Source of the DNA: a virus
Lineage: Duplodnaviria; Caudoviricetes
IMG/VR virus record: IMGVR_UViG_3300014656_000031
Location: 1 to 59,708 of that record
Length of the DNA stretch: 59,708 bases
Reading direction: 5' to 3' (one strand)
Shown here: positions 26,400-36,749 of the stretch, one piece after another
Layout of the letters: each line of letters begins with the position of its first letter
Position numbering within the stretch: the stretch's first letter is position 1
Made by a program: the position numbers and the translations under genes
Notes under the pieces: generated by a model
Databases searched by the model: none
What the model saw: only the letters and a program-made list of their open reading frames with translations
Told to the model about the DNA's origin: nothing

Positions 26400-27644
26400 T
26401 TATGGTAAATTCCACAGCAACAGGCCAAATCCTGTTCCTGCTACATTAACTGTTAAAAATTCTCCGCTTGCAGTAGCTGGACTCGTTGGTGTTGTGTGCA
26501 TTTGTGGACCAAAATCAAATTGGCTTATATTTCCTAATATTACTCCATTCTCAGCGCTTACAGTAAATGTATCTGAACTTGTTGAAGAAACAAATGTACT
26601 ATAAGAAGACCACACAAACGATTCATCATGAGCTGCGTATGCCCCAACACCTGCGGCATGAGAATTAGTACCTATTGCATGTGTACTGCTACCTTCAGCA
26701 TGTGAGTAGTTACCTACAGCATTAGTACTACCACCTTCAGCATGAGAAGCAGCACCAGAAGCTATAACATCTTCTCCTTCTGCATGTGAGCATTGACCTG
26801 TAGCATGAGTACTATTACCCTCAGCATGAGATCCAGAGTCTCCTGTAGCTTGTGTTTGATTTCCTTCAGCATGAGATCCGTCTCCTGTAGCTTGTGTTTG
26901 ATTTCCTTCAGCATGAGATCCGTCTCCTGTAGCTTGTGTTTGATTTCCTTCGGCATGAGAATTAACTCCACTAGCTGTAGTACCACCTCCTTCTGCATGA
27001 GAATTTTCACCGAATGCACTAGTGCCTGTAGTGATACTTTCAGCATAACTGTAAGAATTTATTTTAATTTTACTTGCATCATCAGCTGAATGAATTCGCA
27101 ATCCACTCTGAAAGGCTAAACTGTCATTCCCAATACCGCTAATAGAATAACCATTCATGTCTATATTAGACCAAACACTAATAGGAGTATTTTGAGTATA
27201 TGAATCTATGCAATCAGCACTAATGCACCCAATAGTTGCAAAATTTCTACATTTTATATCACCTACAAAAGACGCCCAATTAGTTCCTGTTAATCCTACA
27301 CCTGATAATAGAAGTAAATCATATCCAGGTGTTACAGTATCAGGTACGGTTAATACATCAGAATTTCCTACTATATTAAATCCACTTACTTCAGACATAA
27401 TAACATCAATAATATCAAAAACTGCAGAAGTTGCACTAATTTGTGTAGATATCACAATATTGGCATATATATTATTGTCTACTATGACATTTTGCATTGC
27501 GCTAAGTTGCCCACTTAAAACAAAAGTGCCTGTAAATGGATCACTTGGAGATGCTATTGGATCTAATGCAGAATCAGGCTCGTTAGTGCGAGGTGCCGTA
27601 TGATGTGAATGTCTGTGATACTTGTTGTGAAAACGATTTGACAT
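26400..27644 (-). CDS. tail fibre/adhesin with YadA-head-like repeats
   Basis: about nine 14-aa SHAEGxxTxAxG repeats. Confidence 0.8.
   Translation of the reverse strand: MSNRFHNKYHRHSHHTAPRTNEPDSALDPIASPSDPFTGTFVLSGQLSAMQNVIVDNNIYANIVISTQISATSAVFDIIDVIMSEVSGFNIVGNSDVLTVPDTVTPGYDLLLLSGVGLTGTNWASFVGDIKCRNFATIGCISADCIDSYTQNTPISVWSNIDMNGYSISGIGNDSLAFQSGLRIHSADDASKIKINSYSYAESITTGTSAFGENSHAEGGGTTASGVNSHAEGNQTQATGDGSHAEGNQTQATGDGSHAEGNQTQATGDSGSHAEGNSTHATGQCSHAEGEDVIASGAASHAEGGSTNAVGNYSHAEGSSTHAIGTNSHAAGVGAYAAHDESFVWSSYSTFVSSTSSDTFTVSAENGVILGNISQFDFGPQMHTTPTSPATASGEFLTVNVAGTGFGLLLWNLP
26838..26960. repeat. 42-bp coding tandem repeat, about 3 copies
   Basis: GTCTCCTGTAGCTTGTGTTTGATTTCCTTCAGCATGAGATCC at 26838, 26880, 26922. 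Confidence 0.9.
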
Positions 27645-27742
27645 ATTTTATTCTCCTAAAAGCCTCTGATTACCAGGACAACATCTTCCATAGATGCGCT
27701 GCTAATTTAAGAGTCATAAATATTTATCAAAACAGGTAGGAT

Positions 27743-28747
27743 TTATAGAAGAGACAACAAACTTATTGTAAAGATAATTAAACACAATCCTCCAATAATC
27801 CATGTAAATTGCTTTATAGAGGTGTTAAAATACTTGATAGCTATTGGTACACATTTATGTGTTGGAGATATCAAGTATCCAATATATTCAATCCCGAAGA
27901 AATAAGCAAAATATGGTAGTCCAAAAATAGTTGAAAGCATTACAACAATACCTGCAAATTTTGCAGAACTGCCTAATATAAAAGAAATTAATAATGCTAC
28001 TACAGAGGTTAACACAAAGTGATTTTGAATAGTTTTTATATATTCTATTAAGTTAGCAGAATAAGTTTGAATATAAAAAGAAACTGTTATTATTCCAATT
28101 AAGAGTAGTACCAATTTCCAATCTACATAACTTACAATTTTCTTAATATTAAAAGTTTTAGTTAATAACATATAAATTGCAGCAATAATTAAAAATATAT
28201 ACCATGGATTAAAACCACAAATGACAGCACCTATACCAGCTAATAAAGGTACGATATTTAACCAATGCATTTTATTACCATTTTCAATTTTAACAATTTG
28301 AATATCCTCTTGTTTTATTTTAAATGTTAAAAACCATGTAAAATAAAGTAAATATCCAATTAAAAAAGGAAAAGTGAATTGAAAAACTTGCCAGTAGGTA
28401 AGAGAGAGTGCAGCCATAGGTATTAAAATTGTTTTTTCTATAGGAGACCATAAATACCAGTGATGAGTTGCCAAATAATTAATTAACCCAAACTTACTTC
28501 TCTTTTTAGGATCTTCACCTGCACAAGTATCTAACAATCCTGCTGAAACAATATTTCTACCCGGAATAGGAAGTACACCTGAAATAGCTGAAATAAGAGC
28601 AACAACTATTTTCTTATTTTTTACTTTTGAAATGATTGAATTGTATATGCCAGAAAAAAGATTAAATTCTTTAATAATTCCTGTACATATCATTATACCT
28701 ATGAGATAAAAAACATATAGGTTTTGTTGTAACAGTTCTAATAACAT
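27743..28747 (-). CDS. multi-pass membrane protein (DUF401 / ion-transporter-like)
   Basis: about 10 TM segments; GVLPIPG..VSA and GYLISPTHKC motifs. Confidence 0.7.
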   Translation of the reverse strand: MLLELLQQNLYVFYLIGIMICTGIIKEFNLFSGIYNSIISKVKNKKIVVALISAISGVLPIPGRNIVSAGLLDTCAGEDPKKRSKFGLINYLATHHWYLWSPIEKTILIPMAALSLTYWQVFQFTFPFLIGYLLYFTWFLTFKIKQEDIQIVKIENGNKMHWLNIVPLLAGIGAVICGFNPWYIFLIIAAIYMLLTKTFNIKKIVSYVDWKLVLLLIGIITVSFYIQTYSANLIEYIKTIQNHFVLTSVVALLISFILGSSAKFAGIVVMLSTIFGLPYFAYFFGIEYIGYLISPTHKCVPIAIKYFNTSIKQFTWIIGGLCLIIFTISLLSLL

Positions 28748-28751
28748 AAGA

Positions 28752-31700
28752 CTATTCTGATATCATATCTAGAATTGTTTCTTGACAATCATACAATTTT
28801 GAAACACATCTATTGATGACTGGTGAGGAAACAAATTCATTCATTCCAATATAAATGTTTTCTTTATTGTACGGCAGTATTTTATATTCATCCGGAGCAA
28901 AGGTTTTTACAAATGGAACAGTGATGCCATTTTCTACTATAGATCCAGGTTTTCCATTTATGCTTCTTCTAAATATTTCAATATTATCCCACATGCGTGC
29001 AAAGCTTCTATTTAATACCCAATCTTGATTATATTCATCTGCTTCAACATAAATAGCTGACATCGGCCATTGATATGTTGAATACTCCATTTTAACATCA
29101 AATAACATTAACTTATCTATATATTTTATAATACAATTATTAGAAATCAAATACAAATTTCTGAATGCATCATGTTTAATATTGACATAATTTAATCTAT
29201 TTTCTACAGCAAAATTTCCTACTATATTTCCATTATCTTGTAATATTTTTAATACTCTATTTTTTGTTAGTATATAAAAAAATCCACCATCTTTACAATC
29301 TTCAATTTTTAACAATTCTGCTGAACTGCTTAATTGTGACAATATTGGATATCTCTTAATATATTCACCAGTGGTTGGATCAAAAACGACTATATTATTT
29401 GTAGTCAATACATGAACTTCATCTTCAGCATCATTAACTGCCATGCTCAGTGGTTTTTCAGAATCAGAAAAGTAAACAGATTTTATTGTTAATAACCAAC
29501 TGCCCGTCTTTGTATACTTCTTTACAACTTTATTATTTGTATCTGCAATCCATATATTATTTGATGCATCTACATACAAATCATTTGGATTGTAGAATTT
29601 ACTAATAGCATTAGGCCCACCTAGTCCACCCCAATCATACAACAGTTTCCAAAAATTATTACTAAAATCATATGAATATACCAATACTCTGTTTTTAGGA
29701 CTGTCTAATATATATATACGATTATCTGCATCTGTATCTACTGCAACAATATCAATAAAATCATCTCCAATACCTTTATAAGATATTTCACTAATTTCTG
29801 TGGCAAAAAAATCAGAAGATAAAATATGGACTCCTGTAGTATCTGAAACAAACATAATACTCTGTCCTACACCAGTAACTTGTGAAACACAGCAATCTCT
29901 AAATGAACTGAACGGCCCAGGTTCCGCGCTTAAATAATTATTGTAGGCATAATCAATTCCAGGTATATTAACATGCCAATGTAATCTATTTCCTTGTGAT
30001 GTATTTAAAGATCCAAACCATCCATATAATTCTGTTGGTGGATCATTGTAAAATCTGGTATTATTATCTAAATAAACTAAATTATCTTGCAACTTGTCAA
30101 AAATTGCATTTATATTATCATATATTATCCATTCGTTTGGAGCTATTTCCACATCTATTAATTGATGAGGTAATACAAGATTAGTTTGATTAAGAATGCG
30201 GGTAATATAGGTATTATACAAAATATATTCCGGATATACAGTTACAATATAAGGCACCGTTCTTACATTTGATATTGAGACATAATCGGTTTGTAATGAA
30301 ATGGAATAATTTCCTTTATTATTATACGATGTTGTATATGGTGAATTCGATGTTGTAATACGATAATTGTCTCTATCTTCCCATCGGTACACTATTGAAT
30401 CAAATTCTGGGACAAGATTTTCAAAAGCAACATATTGTCCTGACAATATATATTTATTAGCAGTATATATTAATGGTTCAATAGGATATGCTGTCAATTC
30501 TACTATGTCAGAATCAAAAGATATCATAGAATTACACCAATCATTTACCCCATCTACCTTAGAAGTAAAGGATGCTTGCGGTGTTAATTTAACGGATATC
30601 CGAGTTGGTTCATATTTTAATATATGACCAATTTGTCCAACATCATTTGACTTTAATGTGAAATTGTATTCTGAATCTAAATCAATATTAGACATAGACC
30701 ATCCATCAGTAGATATTTCCCACACCACTGAAGAATTATCATTAAGTCTTACAGGTAAATAATCGGGAAATTTAATTCTTGCAGATAAGGATATTGATTC
30801 TGCTGTTGTGCCAATATACATTTGCATTGGAGACTCTTGTCCATCTTGTGAAGTAATAATGGCATATCCTGTTCCATTAAAACTGTACATAGTAATAGGG
30901 CCTCTACTACCCGCCGGACTTATTATTTCTGTATTATCATAATTTGCATAATAGCCTGTTATGTTTTCAGTGTCGCTAGAACAAATCGCAGGCATATCAG
31001 ATGATAATTGTGCATTAAAAATTCGTAACGTAATCGGATATATAACAGTTTCTGATGATGATCGTATAGGTATTTTTGTTTTTGTTGATGATGATATTAC
31101 TGGATATGGCTCATGACCACCAATATACCAATAAAACAAATCATTTGGATGAGTTGTAAATAAACTATTTTGATTTGCAGAAAAATCTTGTGTATGACAA
31201 AACCCCCATGCCGAAACAGCTACCATCTGTGTAAGTGGGTTAGTTATCTCATTAAATCTATCAGTAGTTGGATTCCACGCAGATACAGGAAACACTTGCA
31301 TAAAGGCTGTTGGTATTCTGTCTACAAATCTAATATACTTAAGGCTGCCAACTTTAGTAATCTCATCAGGCCAATTTGGTGCAAAAATATTTAATGCTGT
31401 AACACTAATTGCACACAATGGTCCTGTAGATGATTCAAATTCAAAAGGTATGCTGGGCGTATCATAGTTTATCGTCTGGGCACTATTGCCAATAGTAATT
31501 ATTAGAGAGCCTCTTTCTATATTAGGTGGGAATATTGAAGTATTCGAAATTGTAGCTATAAAATTTGTGGTTGAAGAAGGTCTATACATATATGTTTCGT
31601 TATCTGAAGTATAATTTATTCTGACTTTAGGATAAAAGAATGCATCATCAAACCATTCTAATACATTTATATTAATCGAAGTGGACCATGGTGTAGAAGT

Positions 31701-33407
31701 ATATACTGTACCATCTTCTACATAATTTGTTGAAAGGCCAATAACCTCTATACTATATGAACTAATAGCAGGAGTAGAAGAACATAGTACTGTTGTGATA
31801 TCTAATGCCAATGGATTTACTTCTATACTTGGCAAATAATCTTCAGTAGGATACCAATCATATACATTTGTTCTATTATTATAATATGCAACTAATCCTT
31901 CATTGACAGAATTGTTTTTGAAAAGCAGTTGTTGAGCGAGGGAAAGATTATGACGAGTCATTTCAGATCCATCAGGTTTATATGAATAACCGTAAACCTT
32001 TAAATTATATTTTCTAGTTTGTGTAGTATTGTCTGTCTGTGTTACTACTGGGACCAATTTAGAATCCTCTGTTAAAGTGATATAAGGCTCAAATAAAATA
32101 TCGTTAGTCCATTCTCCATATTTTGAACTTACAGTAATATAATAGGTTTCATCATAGTCAGTTGCAACTATATGCATTTGACCTATATATTCAGCAGGCG
32201 CTGCTGATATCCAACCAGAATCTAAATTTATATATGCATTGTCCCCAGAGAGCGCAGATATAGATATTCCACTTGTTGGCCACACTTTCCACTGCAATGT
32301 TTCAGAGGCAGATAAATCTTGTAATTCAGATCTGTCATAAAAAGATTTAACAGTAATGCTGTTTGGTGTATTATCTATAACATCATAATGTATTCCATAA
32401 TTGGTATCAAATGTAAATGGTAAAATTGTTCTAATTGCTTCGAGTTCATCTATAATATTACAACTCAATGAATATGTAAACTTGTTTGAAACATGCTCAG
32501 ATGCAGATAACCTGATATATGTGCCTGTTAATGGATCTAATGTTTCCCCATTAAATAAATATGTACTATCATCTTCCAAAATTCCTTCTATATATGTAGT
32601 TGGATGTATATCCCACGTAATATATGTACCTGGAGCTGATCTTAAACTGTTTATTGAAACTTCATTATTTTCAGGATCGTAAAAACTTGCACTTACTGCA
32701 ATATTTTTTGATGTATATGATCCTCGAGAAATAGTGTACACAACTCTGTATGGTCTAAAATCATATTCTATAGAGCATGTTTGATAACTATTTGTAAATG
32801 ACCCTACAATTTTATAAGTTTCTGTAGGTTCTAATGCTGTTATTTGTAAAGCAGATGCAGGATAGATAGTTGTCCATATTGCAGGAAATCCTTCTCTTGA
32901 ATCTGCTGTAATATCTGCATATATACTTGTATCATCATATGTATAATTTTCATCATAGCTACTATAGGTATACGGACTCCATACAATTTGTGGATTTTGT
33001 GCAGTTATAGGAACTAAATATGATTCATTACTAGATACTGCACATATTAATGACGTAATATCTGTTCTATTTAATTCAATACAATATACACCCGCTGGTA
33101 AAGAAGTATTGCTTCCTGCAGGGGCTTCAGGTCCAGCACCAGCATATTGAAGAGTAAAATTTGCATTATATGTTGTGGTTCCATCTGCAGGTACATATTT
33201 AGAAATTGTTGTTGTAATATAACCTGTGCCAACATCAGTAAAAGCAACAACACCATATCCTACATTGTTTAAAGCCCATATTCCTTTTGAATTTGTCTGC
33301 GCACTAAAATATGTTCCATAATGATCTTTACATGAAACTGTAATATTAGGTATACCAGTTCCCACAGTATTTCGAGCAAACCCTGTTATATTACCATATC
33401 TTGCCAT
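28752..33407 (-). CDS. large tail/baseplate protein with Ig-like and NHL-repeat domains
   Basis: 1551 aa; FYNPNDLYVDASNNIWIADTNN NHL repeat. Confidence 0.75.
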   Translation of the reverse strand: MARYGNITGFARNTVGTGIPNITVSCKDHYGTYFSAQTNSKGIWALNNVGYGVVAFTDVGTGYITTTISKYVPADGTTTYNANFTLQYAGAGPEAPAGSNTSLPAGVYCIELNRTDITSLICAVSSNESYLVPITAQNPQIVWSPYTYSSYDENYTYDDTSIYADITADSREGFPAIWTTIYPASALQITALEPTETYKIVGSFTNSYQTCSIEYDFRPYRVVYTISRGSYTSKNIAVSASFYDPENNEVSINSLRSAPGTYITWDIHPTTYIEGILEDDSTYLFNGETLDPLTGTYIRLSASEHVSNKFTYSLSCNIIDELEAIRTILPFTFDTNYGIHYDVIDNTPNSITVKSFYDRSELQDLSASETLQWKVWPTSGISISALSGDNAYINLDSGWISAAPAEYIGQMHIVATDYDETYYITVSSKYGEWTNDILFEPYITLTEDSKLVPVVTQTDNTTQTRKYNLKVYGYSYKPDGSEMTRHNLSLAQQLLFKNNSVNEGLVAYYNNRTNVYDWYPTEDYLPSIEVNPLALDITTVLCSSTPAISSYSIEVIGLSTNYVEDGTVYTSTPWSTSININVLEWFDDAFFYPKVRINYTSDNETYMYRPSSTTNFIATISNTSIFPPNIERGSLIITIGNSAQTINYDTPSIPFEFESSTGPLCAISVTALNIFAPNWPDEITKVGSLKYIRFVDRIPTAFMQVFPVSAWNPTTDRFNEITNPLTQMVAVSAWGFCHTQDFSANQNSLFTTHPNDLFYWYIGGHEPYPVISSSTKTKIPIRSSSETVIYPITLRIFNAQLSSDMPAICSSDTENITGYYANYDNTEIISPAGSRGPITMYSFNGTGYAIITSQDGQESPMQMYIGTTAESISLSARIKFPDYLPVRLNDNSSVVWEISTDGWSMSNIDLDSEYNFTLKSNDVGQIGHILKYEPTRISVKLTPQASFTSKVDGVNDWCNSMISFDSDIVELTAYPIEPLIYTANKYILSGQYVAFENLVPEFDSIVYRWEDRDNYRITTSNSPYTTSYNNKGNYSISLQTDYVSISNVRTVPYIVTVYPEYILYNTYITRILNQTNLVLPHQLIDVEIAPNEWIIYDNINAIFDKLQDNLVYLDNNTRFYNDPPTELYGWFGSLNTSQGNRLHWHVNIPGIDYAYNNYLSAEPGPFSSFRDCCVSQVTGVGQSIMFVSDTTGVHILSSDFFATEISEISYKGIGDDFIDIVAVDTDADNRIYILDSPKNRVLVYSYDFSNNFWKLLYDWGGLGGPNAISKFYNPNDLYVDASNNIWIADTNNKVVKKYTKTGSWLLTIKSVYFSDSEKPLSMAVNDAEDEVHVLTTNNIVVFDPTTGEYIKRYPILSQLSSSAELLKIEDCKDGGFFYILTKNRVLKILQDNGNIVGNFAVENRLNYVNIKHDAFRNLYLISNNCIIKYIDKLMLFDVKMEYSTYQWPMSAIYVEADEYNQDWVLNRSFARMWDNIEIFRRSINGKPGSIVENGITVPFVKTFAPDEYKILPYNKENIYIGMNEFVSSPVINRCVSKLYDCQETILDMISE

Positions 33408-33410
33408 AAA

Positions 33411-35762
33411 TTATTCCCACACAATATTATACAATTCTGTATAAGCTGGTGCTATTTTTTTAACTGTATCTTTAATGATATCTTCAATCATTTCTCTAAT
33501 GGATTCATCTGTTATCTGTAAACCAACCAATTTAATATTATAATACTGTGATTTTTGTCCAGGCAATTTAAATTTGAAGAATCTTTCAATCTCTTCAATA
33601 TAATTTTGTATACCTGTTGGCATGTTCCACTGTATATCTTTAAAATCAAATTTAGTCATATATAAATTTCGAATATCACTATTATTTAAGGCATGACTAT
33701 ATATTCTGATATCATCAATTTTGCCAATAAAGCTAGAATTTCTATATTCTAATTCTTCTCTTAAATTAGTTATCTTCCCCGCCTCAGACCCAATAAATAA
33801 CGGATTTTCATAGTTATAAAATATTTTATAAGGCGAAGGGATAGTAATACTATCACATAGAATTGCATCAATATAAAAACGCATTTCTTGTGCTGTATTG
33901 TTATATGTAAATGTAAACATATGCCATTTTTGATTTGCAATTGCAGTAGAGTGCTGTGACAAAGTGTATATGCTAGATGGAATAGCTACTCCTGTGTACA
34001 ACTGAAACTCTATTACAGGCTGTTTATTTAATCTGTTTGACATGTAATTAAATTTTTTATTCCATTGATAACTAGTGGATTCACCAGCTTTAGGGGCTGT
34101 ATTATATATAGTTGTATCAATACTTTTTATCAACCTAAACTTGTCATTGTATTTATTAACTATTTCATTATCTTTACAGGTGATCCAGCAATAATCTTCA
34201 TATTCTTTAGTGACCTCATTTAGTTCATTGATTAAACTAATACTATATTCTGTTTCATTATCATTAAGAACTAAAATACTAGAGGTTACAATTTGGCCGG
34301 TATTGTCAATTTTATATATTTCTTTTGCAGAAGCAATAATCCATAAATTATCATACCGATCAGATGTAAATGCTTGCACATTCATATTAGTTATATATGG
34401 TGTGTTTGTTTCTTTAAAGATTTTATTACCAGATAAGATGAATTGATTATTAGAAGTATCAAAAACACTAATCCCATCCACTACGTGCAAATCACCATTC
34501 AAGTCAAACGCTACAGCAGAAACATTATCTGTAATTGCACTCAGTCCAATACAACTTGTATCATATGGATGAAATCCTGACACTGTATTTGTAGTCGAAT
34601 CTAATATCCACACATTACCAGACATGTCTAATGTTATCGACATTAAATCTGTAGTGGACGGAAATTCTTTTTGTAAAATAATATTTCCATCAAAGTCCAT
34701 TTTATATAAATGCTTATACGAATTGTAATTACTATTGTCTATAACCCATACATATAAATCATTATCAATAGTTAATGCGCGAGGCCATCCGGAATTGTTG
34801 GGAAGGGTTCTAGTAAAATATATTTGTCCGTTATTGTTACCAATTAATATTTTATTGTTTGTACCAATTAAAGCAAATATAGGCGTATAAAATCCATTAT
34901 TAAATCTGAACTTCCACCCACCTCTAAAATTTTTACTTAATATAGAATATGAATTATAGATATTGCACCAATCTTCTGCATATGCCCAAAAAGAACAGGT
35001 CATTTTATCTGTTAGTGCAAATGTGTCATTGTGTAAAACCTTTGCATATTGACCATTCGTATATAAATTTAAAGAAGTATCTTTATTGTTAGGGTTTACA
35101 CTTGTTTCTGAAATCATGTTAGGAGAATAATTTAGTAATACAATTTGATTATCATATGTAGACAAATCTTTTGTTGGTTGGTCCCAATCATCTACATGAA
35201 GTCTTAAAACACTAGATAAACTATTTACAAATGTATCATTGGTTATTTCTCCTACATGAAAATATTTGTACCACACCCCAGGATCAAATGTTAATATAGA
35301 AGGAGCATCATATACAGCTGGAGTATTGGTTACAAAAGAGGCCGTAACTTCATCTATATATCCTGGATTATACCATCTATCTAACCAAATTGGTTCTTGT
35401 GCAGGATCAGCAACATTCCCCGAAAGCCATGCACATAACCATGTTCCAGGTGTAGGATATGTAGAATTTCCCCACCAAATGTATTTTTTATAATCTGCCT
35501 GTTTTTTCCATACTTTATCTGCTCGATGAGGTGTAGGTCCTGCAATAGCACCAGCCTGGATCAAATCTGTAGCTGATAAACTTATTTCATCAGCAGAAAA
35601 TGGATAATGAAAATATGTTAATTCATCTGCAACAAATGTTTGTCTAATTGTATCTGATCTAAACCCCAAGCACGGAGACTCATATCCCTCTTCTTGATTA
35701 GAACCTGTAAAAATTCTATCGTATTCTCTAAGTTTTACTGCACTAGTGGTATATGTAATCAT
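33411..35762 (-). CDS. tail/baseplate protein with LamG (ConA-like) and beta-propeller domains
   Basis: WHMFTFTY...FIGKIDDIRIYSHAL. Confidence 0.75.
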   Translation of the reverse strand: MITYTTSAVKLREYDRIFTGSNQEEGYESPCLGFRSDTIRQTFVADELTYFHYPFSADEISLSATDLIQAGAIAGPTPHRADKVWKKQADYKKYIWWGNSTYPTPGTWLCAWLSGNVADPAQEPIWLDRWYNPGYIDEVTASFVTNTPAVYDAPSILTFDPGVWYKYFHVGEITNDTFVNSLSSVLRLHVDDWDQPTKDLSTYDNQIVLLNYSPNMISETSVNPNNKDTSLNLYTNGQYAKVLHNDTFALTDKMTCSFWAYAEDWCNIYNSYSILSKNFRGGWKFRFNNGFYTPIFALIGTNNKILIGNNNGQIYFTRTLPNNSGWPRALTIDNDLYVWVIDNSNYNSYKHLYKMDFDGNIILQKEFPSTTDLMSITLDMSGNVWILDSTTNTVSGFHPYDTSCIGLSAITDNVSAVAFDLNGDLHVVDGISVFDTSNNQFILSGNKIFKETNTPYITNMNVQAFTSDRYDNLWIIASAKEIYKIDNTGQIVTSSILVLNDNETEYSISLINELNEVTKEYEDYCWITCKDNEIVNKYNDKFRLIKSIDTTIYNTAPKAGESTSYQWNKKFNYMSNRLNKQPVIEFQLYTGVAIPSSIYTLSQHSTAIANQKWHMFTFTYNNTAQEMRFYIDAILCDSITIPSPYKIFYNYENPLFIGSEAGKITNLREELEYRNSSFIGKIDDIRIYSHALNNSDIRNLYMTKFDFKDIQWNMPTGIQNYIEEIERFFKFKLPGQKSQYYNIKLVGLQITDESIREMIEDIIKDTVKKIAPAYTELYNIVWE

Positions 35763-35783
35763 TATAAATATTTAGTTTTCTAA

Positions 35784-36749
35784 TTAATTTACTCCCGGTT
35801 GTTCAGTAGATTTAATGTTGTATTCATATTCTGGAGTTTCTATATTTTTCAAATTGGCAAAATTGATTTCCATAGTAGTTTGTGCTGGAGTAACAACTAT
35901 TTTACTATAATATGGCAAATCAACCAATCTATTAGATTTAATACCTGTTATACATTTAGTTGTGTTTAATTCAACATTATCATTATTTTCAGTGTCTGAT
36001 AATTGATTATAATATTGAACCCATGCTTGATCTATTACTAATCCTTTAACATTAAAGGATGCATCAAATCCGGTTGCTTTAAATATGTATTCATTTTCAT
36101 ATCCATAATCATCATCGGGAGCCATTCCAATAGCTCTCACAATATATGAAGTCTTGTTATAACTCACAAATCTTTCTATATAGGTCGGCTCATAAATACC
36201 TTCTGTGACAGATGCAAATTTTGTAGTAATATACAAATACTCATTATCGTGTGTCGTAAATATAAATTTTTGTAAATCGCTTTCTTCTTCATTTAATTGT
36301 GCAGAGGCATATAGATTAAATGGAAGGGTTTCTTGTACAGTAACATATAATGAATCGCCATTTATTAATGAATATGTTCCATCTGTATTAGCAATTAATC
36401 TAAACATATTTTCTTGGCGCAAATATGTTGCACTTAAATATAAATTTTGATCATCAGGATTTACTGTAACATATTTGCCATCCATTTCTAATGTTAAATA
36501 TGACCCCAAATCAGCATCATCACGTGCGGTCTCTTTAAAGAATTCAAAAAAAGATCCAGCAGATGTTAAATATAAAATTGATTGTTTATTTAATGCAACG
36601 TCTTTAGAATTTTTAAACAGTGGATGAGAAAACATTTTATATCCATCTCTCCACCTAATTAAGGTAGGTTGAAGATCAATATTTTCATCGTATGAATAGA
36701 CTGCTGATAATGATATTAACGGGGCTGCACTTATGATATATTCATTCAT
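35784..36749 (-). CDS. structural protein, possible beta-trefoil
   Basis: GKYVTV / DGTYSL / YVTV repeats; in tail operon. Confidence 0.6.
   Translation of the reverse strand: MNEYIISAAPLISLSAVYSYDENIDLQPTLIRWRDGYKMFSHPLFKNSKDVALNKQSILYLTSAGSFFEFFKETARDDADLGSYLTLEMDGKYVTVNPDDQNLYLSATYLRQENMFRLIANTDGTYSLINGDSLYVTVQETLPFNLYASAQLNEEESDLQKFIFTTHDNEYLYITTKFASVTEGIYEPTYIERFVSYNKTSYIVRAIGMAPDDDYGYENEYIFKATGFDASFNVKGLVIDQAWVQYYNQLSDTENNDNVELNTTKCITGIKSNRLVDLPYYSKIVVTPAQTTMEINFANLKNIETPEYEYNIKSTEQPGVN

Noticed and set aside
26838-26960. CRISPR array
   Set aside because: Repeats are contiguous, in-frame, have no spacers, and no cas genes are present.
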